Source: a virus
IMG/VR virus record: IMGVR_UViG_3300049893_000724
Span: 32,001 to 96,000 of that record
Length of the DNA: 64,000 nucleotides
Direction: 5' to 3' (one strand)
The notes beneath the pieces are model-generated. The model did no database searches and was not told the origin of the DNA. It was given only the letters and a program-made list of their open reading frames with translations. How positions within the stretch are numbered: position 1 is the stretch's first letter; every line of letters begins with the position of its first letter. This document shows, piece by piece, positions 45,651-54,970 of this stretch. The position numbers and the translations under genes are program-made.

Positions 45651-45866
45651 TTAGGGGGTTGATTTTTTCTTCATCCAGCGTTTGCGGGATCCTACACCTA
45701 AAGATGCATATTTCTTTCTTCTTGTTAACCCCATAACAGGATCAAATCCAGCAACGGGTCCTTTTGGATCCGAAGAACCACTAAAACCACCAGATCCCCC
45801 TGGAGCATTTGCAACCATTTGCTCTTTAATTATTGAAATAATTTTCTCAAGTTTCTTGGGATCCAT
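45651..45866 (-). CDS. Hypothetical protein
   Basis: ORF track; GPVAGFDP. Confidence 0.65.
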   Translation of the reverse strand: MDPKKLEKIISIIKEQMVANAPGGSGGFSGSSDPKGPVAGFDPVMGLTRRKKYASLGVGSRKRWMKKKSTP

Positions 45867-46239
45867 TGTAGATTTTATTGAGTTCGGTTAAACAATCTAA
45901 ATCAACTTTTATATCGTGTATACTAGACTTAGGATACTCAGGAAGTCTGTTCAAAAAAATAATAAAACTTTTCATAGAAGACCACAACTCTTTTTCAATT
46001 TTGAAAAATAGCATTGGAGTCGTTGCTTCACCAAAAATATTATAAAGAACAATAAAGTGGTTAAGAAGAAGGTGAGTTTTTAACTCACCTGTATTCTTAT
46101 ATCGTTTCAAAAGTCTTTTAATGTACTTGAAATGATTTAAGTCCTTTTCAAAATCTTCTCTGGTTACTGCCTGAGGATTTTCATAATTTTTAATAGCGAA
46201 TAAGAGGAAATTATCCTCATTCAATTCATTAAAGATCAT
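45847..46239 (-). CDS. Conserved T4-like phage hypothetical protein
   Basis: LLLNHFIVLYNIFG motif. Confidence 0.8.
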   Translation of the reverse strand: MIFNELNEDNFLLFAIKNYENPQAVTREDFEKDLNHFKYIKRLLKRYKNTGELKTHLLLNHFIVLYNIFGEATTPMLFFKIEKELWSSMKSFIIFLNRLPEYPKSSIHDIKVDLDCLTELNKIYNGSQET

Positions 46240-46245
46240 ATATTA

Positions 46246-47007
46246 TCAGACTAGTGGATTAGAGTCATAAAGTGGGGTGTTGCCAGTTGTAATACCAGAC
46301 ATTGCTACAAGAGTCTCTTTCTTAACTCTTAGATTGCCTTCAGCATCCATATAGGTTTGAATGCCGACCCATCCTTCGTGGGATAGTTCATATCTAGTCG
46401 TGGCGGCAGAATCCATTCCACCTTCAGCAACACCATAAATTGATGCTTCATATCCACCAGTAACTCTTGTAAAATCTACTATACTCCCAGCAGGAATTGC
46501 TGATGCAATTGTTGAAGCAAGCGAAACAGTTGTTGAAGCAATAGAAGTAACAACTCTAGAGACACTACCACTGACCAAAGTATCTCCAACAATAATTCCA
46601 GTGGTGCTAGCAATTGCAACAATATTAGTTCCAATGCCAGCAGTTAAAGATACAGTGGTTTCAACAGCAAGAGAAGTTTCGGTAGGATCAGTGAAAATTT
46701 GTTGATATCTTGGATCCTTAATTGTATATTTTGGAAGTTCGCTGATATCAAATTGAACTCCAGAAATTGCAGCTCCACTCAAACCACAAGTTCTTCCAAT
46801 CGATAATTGTGTGGTGCTTGCAATACCAACAATTACAGCATCACCATAATAAGTTCCAGTTCTGCTACCAAAACGAATCACATCTCCAGTTGCAGCAGCA
46901 CCAACTTGACCAAAGGTGGTTCCAGAACCAGTTACTACGCCAGTAGAATAGTCTAGAGATACTGTTCCTCCTGAACCTTTAGCATCATTATTTCCCCAGA
47001 GTGCCAT
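46246..47007 (-). CDS. Probable virion structural protein
   Basis: MALWG start, Gly/Thr-rich beta content, HEGWV; TATAAATA late promoter at 47049-47042. Confidence 0.65.
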   Translation of the reverse strand: MALWGNNDAKGSGGTVSLDYSTGVVTGSGTTFGQVGAAATGDVIRFGSRTGTYYGDAVIVGIASTTQLSIGRTCGLSGAAISGVQFDISELPKYTIKDPRYQQIFTDPTETSLAVETTVSLTAGIGTNIVAIASTTGIIVGDTLVSGSVSRVVTSIASTTVSLASTIASAIPAGSIVDFTRVTGGYEASIYGVAEGGMDSAATTRYELSHEGWVGIQTYMDAEGNLRVKKETLVAMSGITTGNTPLYDSNPLV

Positions 47008-47098
47008 GTTCTTTCTTCCGTAAGGTTAAATTTCTTAGAAATATTTATAAAAAATAGAGACCCTGAAAAAGGGTCTCTGTAAATTTTGATTGATTAAA

Positions 47099-47278
47099 TC
47101 AAGGAGTTAAATCTGTTGCACCCTTCTTTTTCAACTGTGCTTGTGCTTGAATAAGAATGAGCGAAAGAATGCCGTTTGATTTTACTTTTGGGTTTGCTCC
47201 CAGTGCCTCAGAAACCGCAAACAAAACGGTTGCGATTAGGGCTTGATTAGCAAGACACCAAGCGACGATTGCTGACAT
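47099..47278 (-). CDS. Small membrane protein (59 aa)
   Basis: MSAIVAWCLANQALIATVLFAVSEALGANPKVKSNGILSLILIQ...*; GGAGG SD. Confidence 0.65.
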   Translation of the reverse strand: MSAIVAWCLANQALIATVLFAVSEALGANPKVKSNGILSLILIQAQAQLKKKGATDLTP

Positions 47279-47323
47279 AATAACCTCCGTGTAAAGAGTG
47301 TATCCTGTCCTATTTAGGATTTA

Positions 47324-48865
47324 TCAACCACCAATTCCAGATACTGGTGTTCCAGCAGGAGTTTGGCGGATTGCTTGAAGTCTTCTTTGAAGAATATTAA
47401 TTTCAGCAGACTTTGCTCTTTGAGCAGCAACTTTTGCTTTTGGGTCTGGTTGTGTTGATTGTGGTTGGGTTTTTGGTTGAAGTTCCATTGCCTGCTCAGC
47501 CATTTTCTTGGCCATCTTAGTAGCAGTTGCATACATCACTTCTTTACCACGACCAGGATATCTCTTTTCAAAATCTGCTGCTTTGTCCTTCATAGACTTT
47601 ACAATGTCTTCTTTCTTTTTAGTTTCAGCAGCAGTCAGTGTTTTCTCATCGAGTTGAACTTCTTCCTTTCTAACATCAGCAAGAAGAGCATCTAACTTAC
47701 TAGTTCTTTTCTTTTTTGCAGGTGCCTTTGCTTTCGGTGCTGCTGCTTTCTTTGCCTTTGCTTTTGGTGGAGTTGTTGCACTGCCCTCCCAAGGATCAGA
47801 GGGTTTTTCTGCTTTCTTTTTAGTAGGTGGGGTATAAGAACCGCTACTTACTTTTTCTTTTTGTCCTGCACCAGCACCACGATAAGTTGATGGTTTTCTT
47901 GCTGCGGTGCTTGGTTTTTTATCACCTGCTTCCATTTTGCGGGCAACACCCAATGCACCTTTAGCAACCTTTCTTGCTCCAGTTGCTACTGCTTGTTTTG
48001 CTGCTTTTTTAACACCAGCAAGCCTCTTTTTAGCAGCACCTAAAAGACTTTGCTTTTTCTTTTCTGCTGTTGGAGTATCGTGACCAAAAGTTACCTTTGC
48101 TTCAGTAATTGCAAATTCGATTGCCTCTTCAATATCATCCTCTTCATAACCTTCAATTAAAAGTTCATCATAAACACTTTCAATGACATAATCCATCTCA
48201 TCAATTTCGACCATTTCCAAAAGAACTCCACCAAGACCTTCGATTGCTTCGCCAAGATCAAGTTTAGGGTTGATAACAATTTTGTTATTAACTTGCTTTT
48301 CTACAATTTTTTGATCCTGATCTTTTTTGGTTTCAATTTTATCAACAACTTCGATTAGATCCTCTCTCCAATTTGAATATCCCTCCTTTCTAACTCCAAT
48401 CGCTTTACCAATAGCTTTTCTGCGCTTATGAAGATACTTATCAGACTTATCAGTATCGCCGTCATTATCAATATCAGCGTCTTCCTTACCAACAGGATCT
48501 AATGCCTCAGCAACGGGATCCTTTGATCTGGATTTCCAAGTTCCACCATACTCTTTACCCATCTGAGATTTAAATGCTTTCACTGCTTTTTTTCTTACAG
48601 ATGCTTTTGGATGATCAGACACATTCTGGAGGGGTGTTCTTCCGCTAGGTGCTTCTCCCTGCTCTGGATCTACAAATGCTTCATCAACACCCATAGATTT
48701 TCTAGCAGCCTTTACCATATCTTTATGCGCCTTAGTCTTCATCATTTCTTGACGTGCTTTTTCGTTTTCTTCAGCACGCTTTTTCATATCAGTTTCAAGG
48801 TGCGAAGATTCCGCAACTTGCTCCAGATATACTCTGGAAATATCATTCAGAGGATTGATTGACAT
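47324..48865 (-). CDS. Highly charged probable internal virion protein
   Basis: Lys/Glu/Ala-rich with repeated hydrophobic-x-E motifs. Confidence 0.7.
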   Translation of the reverse strand: MSINPLNDISRVYLEQVAESSHLETDMKKRAEENEKARQEMMKTKAHKDMVKAARKSMGVDEAFVDPEQGEAPSGRTPLQNVSDHPKASVRKKAVKAFKSQMGKEYGGTWKSRSKDPVAEALDPVGKEDADIDNDGDTDKSDKYLHKRRKAIGKAIGVRKEGYSNWREDLIEVVDKIETKKDQDQKIVEKQVNNKIVINPKLDLGEAIEGLGGVLLEMVEIDEMDYVIESVYDELLIEGYEEDDIEEAIEFAITEAKVTFGHDTPTAEKKKQSLLGAAKKRLAGVKKAAKQAVATGARKVAKGALGVARKMEAGDKKPSTAARKPSTYRGAGAGQKEKVSSGSYTPPTKKKAEKPSDPWEGSATTPPKAKAKKAAAPKAKAPAKKKRTSKLDALLADVRKEEVQLDEKTLTAAETKKKEDIVKSMKDKAADFEKRYPGRGKEVMYATATKMAKKMAEQAMELQPKTQPQSTQPDPKAKVAAQRAKSAEINILQRRLQAIRQTPAGTPVSGIGG

Positions 48866-48866
48866 C

Positions 48867-50162
48867 TTAATAAGTACTTACTTTCTTTGCCTTATACTTA
48901 TTTATGAAATTGATGCCGTATGCCTTTCCACCTTTTTGAAGGTATTGTTTATTAGTTCCAACCGCACCTGGGGTCATTTTAGAATAATGAATAAAAGCTC
49001 CTTTTGTTCCAGTTAAAGTATTGGGATGAATTTTATCTCTCATTGGACTATCCATCTTAACTTCAGTATATTCCATCACATCTTTAATCCACGATTTAAA
49101 CATATGTCCATCTTCAGTCACACAAATAAGGTGATTGGTTCCTCTACGCATTACTTCACCAACCAATCCAGTATTTAAGTTTTGTACTGTATCACCAATT
49201 CTAAAAATATTTCCCATAACATAATTCTCACGAAGATTTCTCATATCAAACTTTGGTGCAATTTCCCAAAGATTATAATTTTCTTTCTTAACTTTTTCTT
49301 TCTTTGCACCCATCCCCTGACGAACAGCATTGAATAAATTTTGCGCCTCTCCATCATCAAGAGTTTTTGGAGTTCCTCTACGGAATGAAGCAAAGTCATT
49401 ATCAATAACTGCTTTTCTCATCTTAGATGCAGACATTCCTTCCACACCTTCTGCATCAGCATCACGAACACCTGCAGAGATCACACGAATTTGATCAAAG
49501 TTGTAAAGTTCGCCGTTATACTTTTGAGCAAGATTTTCAAACTCTGCTTGACGATCTGAACCAACAACGATATTGACTGAAGTATATCCGTCTTCGTTTG
49601 CAGTTACAAGAACATTGAAAATTGATTTCATCTCAGGGTCATTGATGATGTTATCCTTAAACTCAGGAAACATCTTCTTCATATACCCAACTTTTTTACT
49701 TGGATCCAGTGGGTTCTTCTTAGGATCCTGAGTTCTTGAAGGATAAATCTTAATATCACCACCAGCAGAAATTCTCTTCGCAGACTTGAGAAGTTTTTCG
49801 TGCCCTACTGTTGGTGGATTGAAGCGACCAAATACAATAGTTAAAGGTGGAAGTTCTTGCGGTTGCTCTTCAGGTGCCTGTGTCGCAGGTGCTGCCTGGG
49901 GTTGTGGTGCAGGTGCTTGTGCCGCTTGAGTTGGTTGCGGTGTTGGAGTTGGTGCAGCAGGTTGTCTTCCACCACCAGGTTCTGGTGCTCCTGCTTGCCT
50001 ACCATCAATGAACTTGAGTTTTCCTTTATCTGTCCTTGCTACCGTCTTTCCACTACGATCTACCCATCCTCCGTGACCGTCTCCACGAAGTCCAAGTTTT
50101 TTTGCCTGCATCGCCGCTTGCGATTCAGTTGCTTCAGATAAAAAATTGAGAAAACTCTTCAT
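48867..50162 (-). CDS. Cytidylyltransferase-like nucleotidyltransferase
   Basis: FGRFNPPTVGHEKL (HxGH), VVGSDR, MSASKMR. Confidence 0.85.
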   Translation of the reverse strand: MKSFLNFLSEATESQAAMQAKKLGLRGDGHGGWVDRSGKTVARTDKGKLKFIDGRQAGAPEPGGGRQPAAPTPTPQPTQAAQAPAPQPQAAPATQAPEEQPQELPPLTIVFGRFNPPTVGHEKLLKSAKRISAGGDIKIYPSRTQDPKKNPLDPSKKVGYMKKMFPEFKDNIINDPEMKSIFNVLVTANEDGYTSVNIVVGSDRQAEFENLAQKYNGELYNFDQIRVISAGVRDADAEGVEGMSASKMRKAVIDNDFASFRRGTPKTLDDGEAQNLFNAVRQGMGAKKEKVKKENYNLWEIAPKFDMRNLRENYVMGNIFRIGDTVQNLNTGLVGEVMRRGTNHLICVTEDGHMFKSWIKDVMEYTEVKMDSPMRDKIHPNTLTGTKGAFIHYSKMTPGAVGTNKQYLQKGGKAYGINFINKYKAKKVSTY

Positions 50163-50187
50163 ATTTTATATTAATATATTTTATTTA

Positions 50188-50979
50188 TTATTTGATATTT
50201 GCTATCAAATAATCAATGCTATCGGACTGTGTAATATCAAACGCAGATCTTGTTGGTTTTTTATCGATCAGTAAAGCTGTGCTAAATCTATAATTTGGAC
50301 TGCTACTACTTCCTTTTTTTCTAATTCTTAATTTTAGACTTCCATTAAATTTTATCATATCAGTAAATTTGGAAATACCAGCAGGATCTCTCCCCATATA
50401 ATAAGTTCCATATCCCCCAATGTGAATATAAAATATTTTTTTAGAATTATAAAAACTAGATAAAGTATTTGAATTTATTGGAATATACTTATCAGGAAAC
50501 TTTGAATAATCATATTCTTTATCTCCCCAAGTGATTTCTTGTCTTTTTGCTTTTTTTTCAAAAAGTCTGGGAATTCCAGAATTTCCCCAAGCAGTATTAG
50601 AATTTACGAAATCTTCAACTCCAAGTTGTTTTAAATTTTCTCTCATAGTTCTATCTTGAATGGTATTTTTTCCATCAAGATACCACTTTTTAGTAGAAAC
50701 ATTATACTTCAATCCACTTTGTCCATAATCTGCCTTTTCATCCAATTTTATTTCTAAATTATAAGATTGACCTTGCCATAAAAATTTGCAATCTGGAGCA
50801 CTATTATCAGCACCAGCAGGAGTAAATCCAGGAGGAACCAAATCTTGGTCTTTTAATAGATTAAAAATATATTCTTCATACAAAAAACCTTTATTATCAT
50901 AATTTATTGGTAGATCATAATAATCTTTATCTTGTACACTATCTTCGGTATGACGCTTTTTTGCTAATGTTTTAGCCAT
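50188..50979 (-). CDS. Putative PD-(D/E)xK restriction-endonuclease-like protein
   Basis: YEEYI...SAPDCKF...NLEIKL; very AT-rich; start MAKTLA at 50979 (the longer ORF runs through tRNA-Ala). Confidence 0.55.
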   Translation of the reverse strand: MAKTLAKKRHTEDSVQDKDYYDLPINYDNKGFLYEEYIFNLLKDQDLVPPGFTPAGADNSAPDCKFLWQGQSYNLEIKLDEKADYGQSGLKYNVSTKKWYLDGKNTIQDRTMRENLKQLGVEDFVNSNTAWGNSGIPRLFEKKAKRQEITWGDKEYDYSKFPDKYIPINSNTLSSFYNSKKIFYIHIGGYGTYYMGRDPAGISKFTDMIKFNGSLKLRIRKKGSSSSPNYRFSTALLIDKKPTRSAFDITQSDSIDYLIANIK

Positions 50980-51011
50980 CAAACTAATATACTCTTTTAA
51001 GTATTTAGAAG

Positions 51012-51084
51012 TGGAGAATAGGAGACTCGAACTCCTGACACCCGCCTTGCAAAGGCGATGCTCTACCAACTGAGCTAATTCCCC
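51012..51084 (-). tRNA. tRNA-Ala(TGC)
   Basis: GGGGAATTAGCTCAGTTGG...TCGCC-TT-TGC-AA-GGCGG; G3:U70 pair. Confidence 0.96.
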
Positions 51085-51094
51085 GAATACAGAT

Positions 51095-51123
51095 ATTATA
51101 AAACCCCTCAACTAAAAAGTCAA
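51095..51123 (-). promoter_or_regulatory. sigma70 promoter of tRNA-Ala
   Basis: TTGACT-17-TATAAT inside an AACCCC/GGGGTT inverted repeat. Confidence 0.7.
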
Positions 51124-51153
51124 GGGGTTAGAGCAACCTTCCGTGGTTATTTA

Positions 51154-51915
51154 TCAGTATTCGTATCTGCTATCATCAACAGACTTACCTGCTCTTCTTG
51201 CTGCTTTGTTTCCACTTCCTCTATCACCTGCACCAAAATCAGATTCTCCACCACGACCACCTCTCGTGGCACGTTTAGCTGGATCTGCACTTACCTTACG
51301 ACTATATGCTGTTCCACCTGGTTTGTTCATTACTTTCTTGTAACGCTCACCAGTTAGTGCTTCACCAATCTCAACTTCCTCATGCTGCTTACGGAGTTTT
51401 GCAAGCACAGCACCTGCTACCTTTTCACCACGCTCTTTGGAACCATAACGCTTCCCTGCAGAAGCAGCAATCTTGGCGAATGCCTTACCAGGTTTACCAA
51501 TATCTTTACCCGCTCTTGCTGCCTTTGCTGAATATGATGCTTCAAGGATAGCATCAATCTCTTCAGATGAAAGTTGCGCCATCATCTGTTCAGGATTTTC
51601 GTGTCCCTCGGTTTGGAGATACTCAAGAACAGTATCAAAAATATCTACTTCCTCATGGGTCATTCCGACCACGGATGGTTTGGTTTTCTTAGTAACCTTA
51701 TCGTAGAACTTGATGTCTCTTTCCATTTTTTCAGCATTTGCTTTTCCTGCTGATGGAGAAAGACGCTTTTCACCACCTCTTCTTTCGGCAGCAGATGCTT
51801 TTCTCATCTCAGTATCATGGCGTGAAGCACCTTTTACTGCCTCATCAATTTCTTCCTGAGGAGCATAAACTTCAGAATATGCTTCTATCAAACCTCTAAG
51901 TTCTTTGCTATCCAT
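51154..51915 (-). CDS. Charged probable internal virion protein
   Basis: LIEAY, IDEAV, ILEAS, IGEAL repeats; basic Gly-rich tail. Confidence 0.7.
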   Translation of the reverse strand: MDSKELRGLIEAYSEVYAPQEEIDEAVKGASRHDTEMRKASAAERRGGEKRLSPSAGKANAEKMERDIKFYDKVTKKTKPSVVGMTHEEVDIFDTVLEYLQTEGHENPEQMMAQLSSEEIDAILEASYSAKAARAGKDIGKPGKAFAKIAASAGKRYGSKERGEKVAGAVLAKLRKQHEEVEIGEALTGERYKKVMNKPGGTAYSRKVSADPAKRATRGGRGGESDFGAGDRGSGNKAARRAGKSVDDSRYEY

Positions 51916-51948
51916 TAGATTAACAATATCTTCTGATTTATTTATTAT

Positions 51949-52458
51949 TCAGACCAACTCCATTGGATAGTGCTCGGAATCAATATTAATCGTCTTCTTT
52001 CTTTTCTTTCTTGCTTCATTTACTGCCGAAAGTGTGAATAAATCAGAGTGCTTTTCACCAAACTTTCTTACAACTGTTCCAGCAAGTTTATTTGCTTCAT
52101 TCTCCGAAGGACTTCCAGCAGCACTATTTCCATGAACTCCGCTCCTATGTTGGCGATAATGAGTAAGTTCGTGAGCAACTGTTCTCAAAATATCCATTGT
52201 ATGACGACCTTGAATATCAATTACAATGCGATTATCTTTAATTTGACCAAATGCAGAAATTCTCTTTGCAAACTTCGGATCATCAATGAAATGTATTTTT
52301 GGAAGTTCTTTAATTCCCAGTTCTTTTTTTGCAAAAGGAAGAAATGTATGAACGATTTTTTCAAAGTGATCTTTACTAATTCCTTCTGCAACAAAAGACA
52401 GAGAAATGTTGAACATCTCCCTGTCTCTTTGAAATTTTCTCCACTCAGAAAAATACAT
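51949..52458 (-). CDS. HExxH zinc metallopeptidase-like protein
   Basis: LRTVAHELTHYRQ, ENEANK. Confidence 0.75.
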   Translation of the reverse strand: MYFSEWRKFQRDREMFNISLSFVAEGISKDHFEKIVHTFLPFAKKELGIKELPKIHFIDDPKFAKRISAFGQIKDNRIVIDIQGRHTMDILRTVAHELTHYRQHRSGVHGNSAAGSPSENEANKLAGTVVRKFGEKHSDLFTLSAVNEARKKRKKTINIDSEHYPMELV

Positions 52459-52475
52459 TGCCCTTTTCTAAGTAT

Positions 52476-52664
52476 TTATTCAACACCCAATACAGCACCA
52501 ATATTGTCATCAATTTGTTGAACTACAGAACGAATATCAGCAATACGAGGTGGAACACTTACTTCATCATAAGTATATCCTTTTTGTGCTTCAAATAAAA
52601 CTTGACGTACCGCTGCTGCAGCACGAACGTCTACTTTAATTGTTACTTGTTTTTCTTTAGTCAC
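52476..52664 (-). CDS. Hypothetical protein
   Basis: ORF track. Confidence 0.7.
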   Translation of the reverse strand: MTKEKQVTIKVDVRAAAAVRQVLFEAQKGYTYDEVSVPPRIADIRSVVQQIDDNIGAVLGVE

Positions 52665-53065
52665 AGGTCTCCCTCCTTACGATTTTCAGAACGTTCAATA
52701 GTAAAAGCACCCTCAGGATAACGAGCACTCAGTTTCTCAAAGTTCATTTGAATTACTTCTTCAAGAGAAATATCAAGACCAATACACGCTTGGGATACAT
52801 ACCACATAATATCTCCAAGTTCGCGCTTCAGGTGAAACAAGTTTTCTTCATTTACTGGTTTACCTTGGAAAATAATTTTCTTTACAACTTCAGTAAACTC
52901 TCCTGCTTCAGCGGACATTCCTACAGCAGCAGTAAGCAGTCGCTCGGTAGGAAACTCTTGCAGTTCCAAGTCATGAAGACGCTTGAGAAAATCACTATAT
53001 TGTTTGCTGGGGTTTGATGTGGTTGCATCAACGAATTCAACATATTTGTTAAGATCAATAGTCAT
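52661..53065 (-). CDS. mazG: MazG-like nucleotide pyrophosphohydrolase
   Basis: EAGEFTEVVKK, ELGDIMWYV, KLSARYP. Confidence 0.93.
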   Translation of the reverse strand: MTIDLNKYVEFVDATTSNPSKQYSDFLKRLHDLELQEFPTERLLTAAVGMSAEAGEFTEVVKKIIFQGKPVNEENLFHLKRELGDIMWYVSQACIGLDISLEEVIQMNFEKLSARYPEGAFTIERSENRKEGDL

Positions 53066-54441
53066 TAGAATTTAAATCCTTCGAATGATTTTTTAGGTTT
53101 CTTTTCTTCATAATCATACTCTTCTTCTTTTCCGTTGTCAAGAATATCTTGCTGAGCAGATTGTTCACAATCATAAAGACGCATCTTGGCACGATCAATA
53201 CCTACAATAAAACGCTTATGAATAGTAGGATCATTATATCTGTTCTTAAGTTGCTTAACTAGAATCTGTCCAAGCCCCTCCAACTCTTCAGTGCTAATAA
53301 GGGCAAACATAAGATCAGCAGTAGCAGGAAGACCAAAGGACTCAGAAGTATCAGTAAGTTCAACATCAGAAGAACCATAACCTGAACGAGTGGTCTGAGT
53401 AGCGGAGACAATTGGGACATTAAACTCGACGGCGAGGCCCCTAAGTTCCTCAGCAATTGCTTTGACAAAAGTATAAGAGTTGATGTTGCTGTTTCCGCGA
53501 TACCTACTGGAAGCACAAATATTAAGGTAATCAATGAAAATAATATCAGGTCTAAATGACTTTTTAAGTGCAAGTTCATTAAGAAGTGATTTAAAGTGTC
53601 CAGCATGAGCTGATGCTGTGGGGTATTCCTTAATTATAAGAGTTCCCTGAGTTTTCTTCGCAAGGTTGGTAACCTTGTTCTCAAACATTTGTTTGGGGAG
53701 ATCTGTGATGTCTTGAATAGGTACGTTAAGGAGGTTGGCATCAATTCGCTCAGCAATTCGCTCCTCCGCCATTTCAAGAGTGATGTAGAGAACGTTCCTG
53801 CCTTGCAATAAGACGGAAGAAGCCACATGGCACATAAAGAGACTCTTTCCGACACCCGTACCAGCCAAAGCGATATTGAGAGTCTTATTAGGTAAACCAC
53901 CTTTTGTGATTTTGTTGAAGTACTCCAAGTCGAATTCAATTTTGTCTTCCTTTTTATGGTAGGACTCATAGCGTAGTTCATAGTCTAACAGATAATCGTG
54001 CCCGATGTGGGTATCAAAAGATACTGCCAAGGCATCGGATAAAATACTAGGAATGCTATCACGATTTTTCTTTTCATCTTTACCATCTGCAATATGGATT
54101 GATTCCATCAAAGCAAGATAGATAGCACGATCACGACACCACTTCTCAGTAGTATCAACTAACCAATTAAATTCTGCTGGGACATCATCAAGACAACCAA
54201 TCAAATGAGTGATTTCTTTGAAAGAAGTATCATTAATATCTTGACGCTTCTCTACTTCAATACAAAGAACCTCTTTTGTCGCAGGTTCATTGTATTCTTG
54301 AATAAACTTCAAGATTTCTTCAAATACAACTTTCTGATTTGCATCCTCAAAGTATTCTCCTTTAATAAAAGGAATAACTTTGCGAACATATTCTTCATTA
54401 TGAAGAAGGTTGCGAAGAATCAGAAACTCAACTTTATCCAT
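53065..54441 (-). CDS. gp41: Replicative DnaB-like helicase (T4 gp41)
   Basis: AGTGVGKS, IFIDYLNI, SATQTTR, KQLKNRY. Confidence 0.96.
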   Translation of the reverse strand: MDKVEFLILRNLLHNEEYVRKVIPFIKGEYFEDANQKVVFEEILKFIQEYNEPATKEVLCIEVEKRQDINDTSFKEITHLIGCLDDVPAEFNWLVDTTEKWCRDRAIYLALMESIHIADGKDEKKNRDSIPSILSDALAVSFDTHIGHDYLLDYELRYESYHKKEDKIEFDLEYFNKITKGGLPNKTLNIALAGTGVGKSLFMCHVASSVLLQGRNVLYITLEMAEERIAERIDANLLNVPIQDITDLPKQMFENKVTNLAKKTQGTLIIKEYPTASAHAGHFKSLLNELALKKSFRPDIIFIDYLNICASSRYRGNSNINSYTFVKAIAEELRGLAVEFNVPIVSATQTTRSGYGSSDVELTDTSESFGLPATADLMFALISTEELEGLGQILVKQLKNRYNDPTIHKRFIVGIDRAKMRLYDCEQSAQQDILDNGKEEEYDYEEKKPKKSFEGFKF

Positions 54442-54970
54442 GGGGCATATCAAATACGAATGTTATTCTTGTCTCATCACCGATATTCACGGTGCCGTGT
54501 GGTAGTTTATTATTGAACCATAAAAGTGTACCAGGTTCTACAATCACACTATCAGTTCCACAGAAATACTGATACCTCCCAACGATGGAAAGGTGATATC
54601 TGTCTCTTGTTAAGTAATAAGTGCCTTCATCAATATGAGCACCTACCATTCCATCAACAGGAAGTGAAAGAAATCCACAACGATGCAGTTCTCTATTTCC
54701 AAAATGTTTGCGTATAATCTTTCGAATTTCGCTGTGATGGTGATATGCTGGAGTTTTAATACTGATCTCAGAATCCCCAACAAAATCTTCTTTAGTTTTG
54801 ACACCACCCATTATAAGTTGAAGAGCACTCACTGGCAAGTCAGCAAATCCTCTATCAACTAATGATTGGGAATCTTTCAGATGTTTCTGATGATCCCAAT
54901 CCTGTGGGTATTTTTTGAGTTGATCTACAACTTTAGATACGTTGATTCCAGTTTTGAGAACCTTGATCAC
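54434..54970 (-). CDS. 2OG-Fe(II) oxygenase (Asp/Asn beta-hydroxylase-like)
   Basis: HID, RYHL, WFNNKLPH, RITFVFD. Confidence 0.8.
   Translation of the reverse strand: MIKVLKTGINVSKVVDQLKKYPQDWDHQKHLKDSQSLVDRGFADLPVSALQLIMGGVKTKEDFVGDSEISIKTPAYHHHSEIRKIIRKHFGNRELHRCGFLSLPVDGMVGAHIDEGTYYLTRDRYHLSIVGRYQYFCGTDSVIVEPGTLLWFNNKLPHGTVNIGDETRITFVFDMPHG

Noticed and set aside
50980-51111. N-terminal extension of ORF 50188-51111
   Set aside because: It reads through tRNA-Ala; the real start is most likely 50979.
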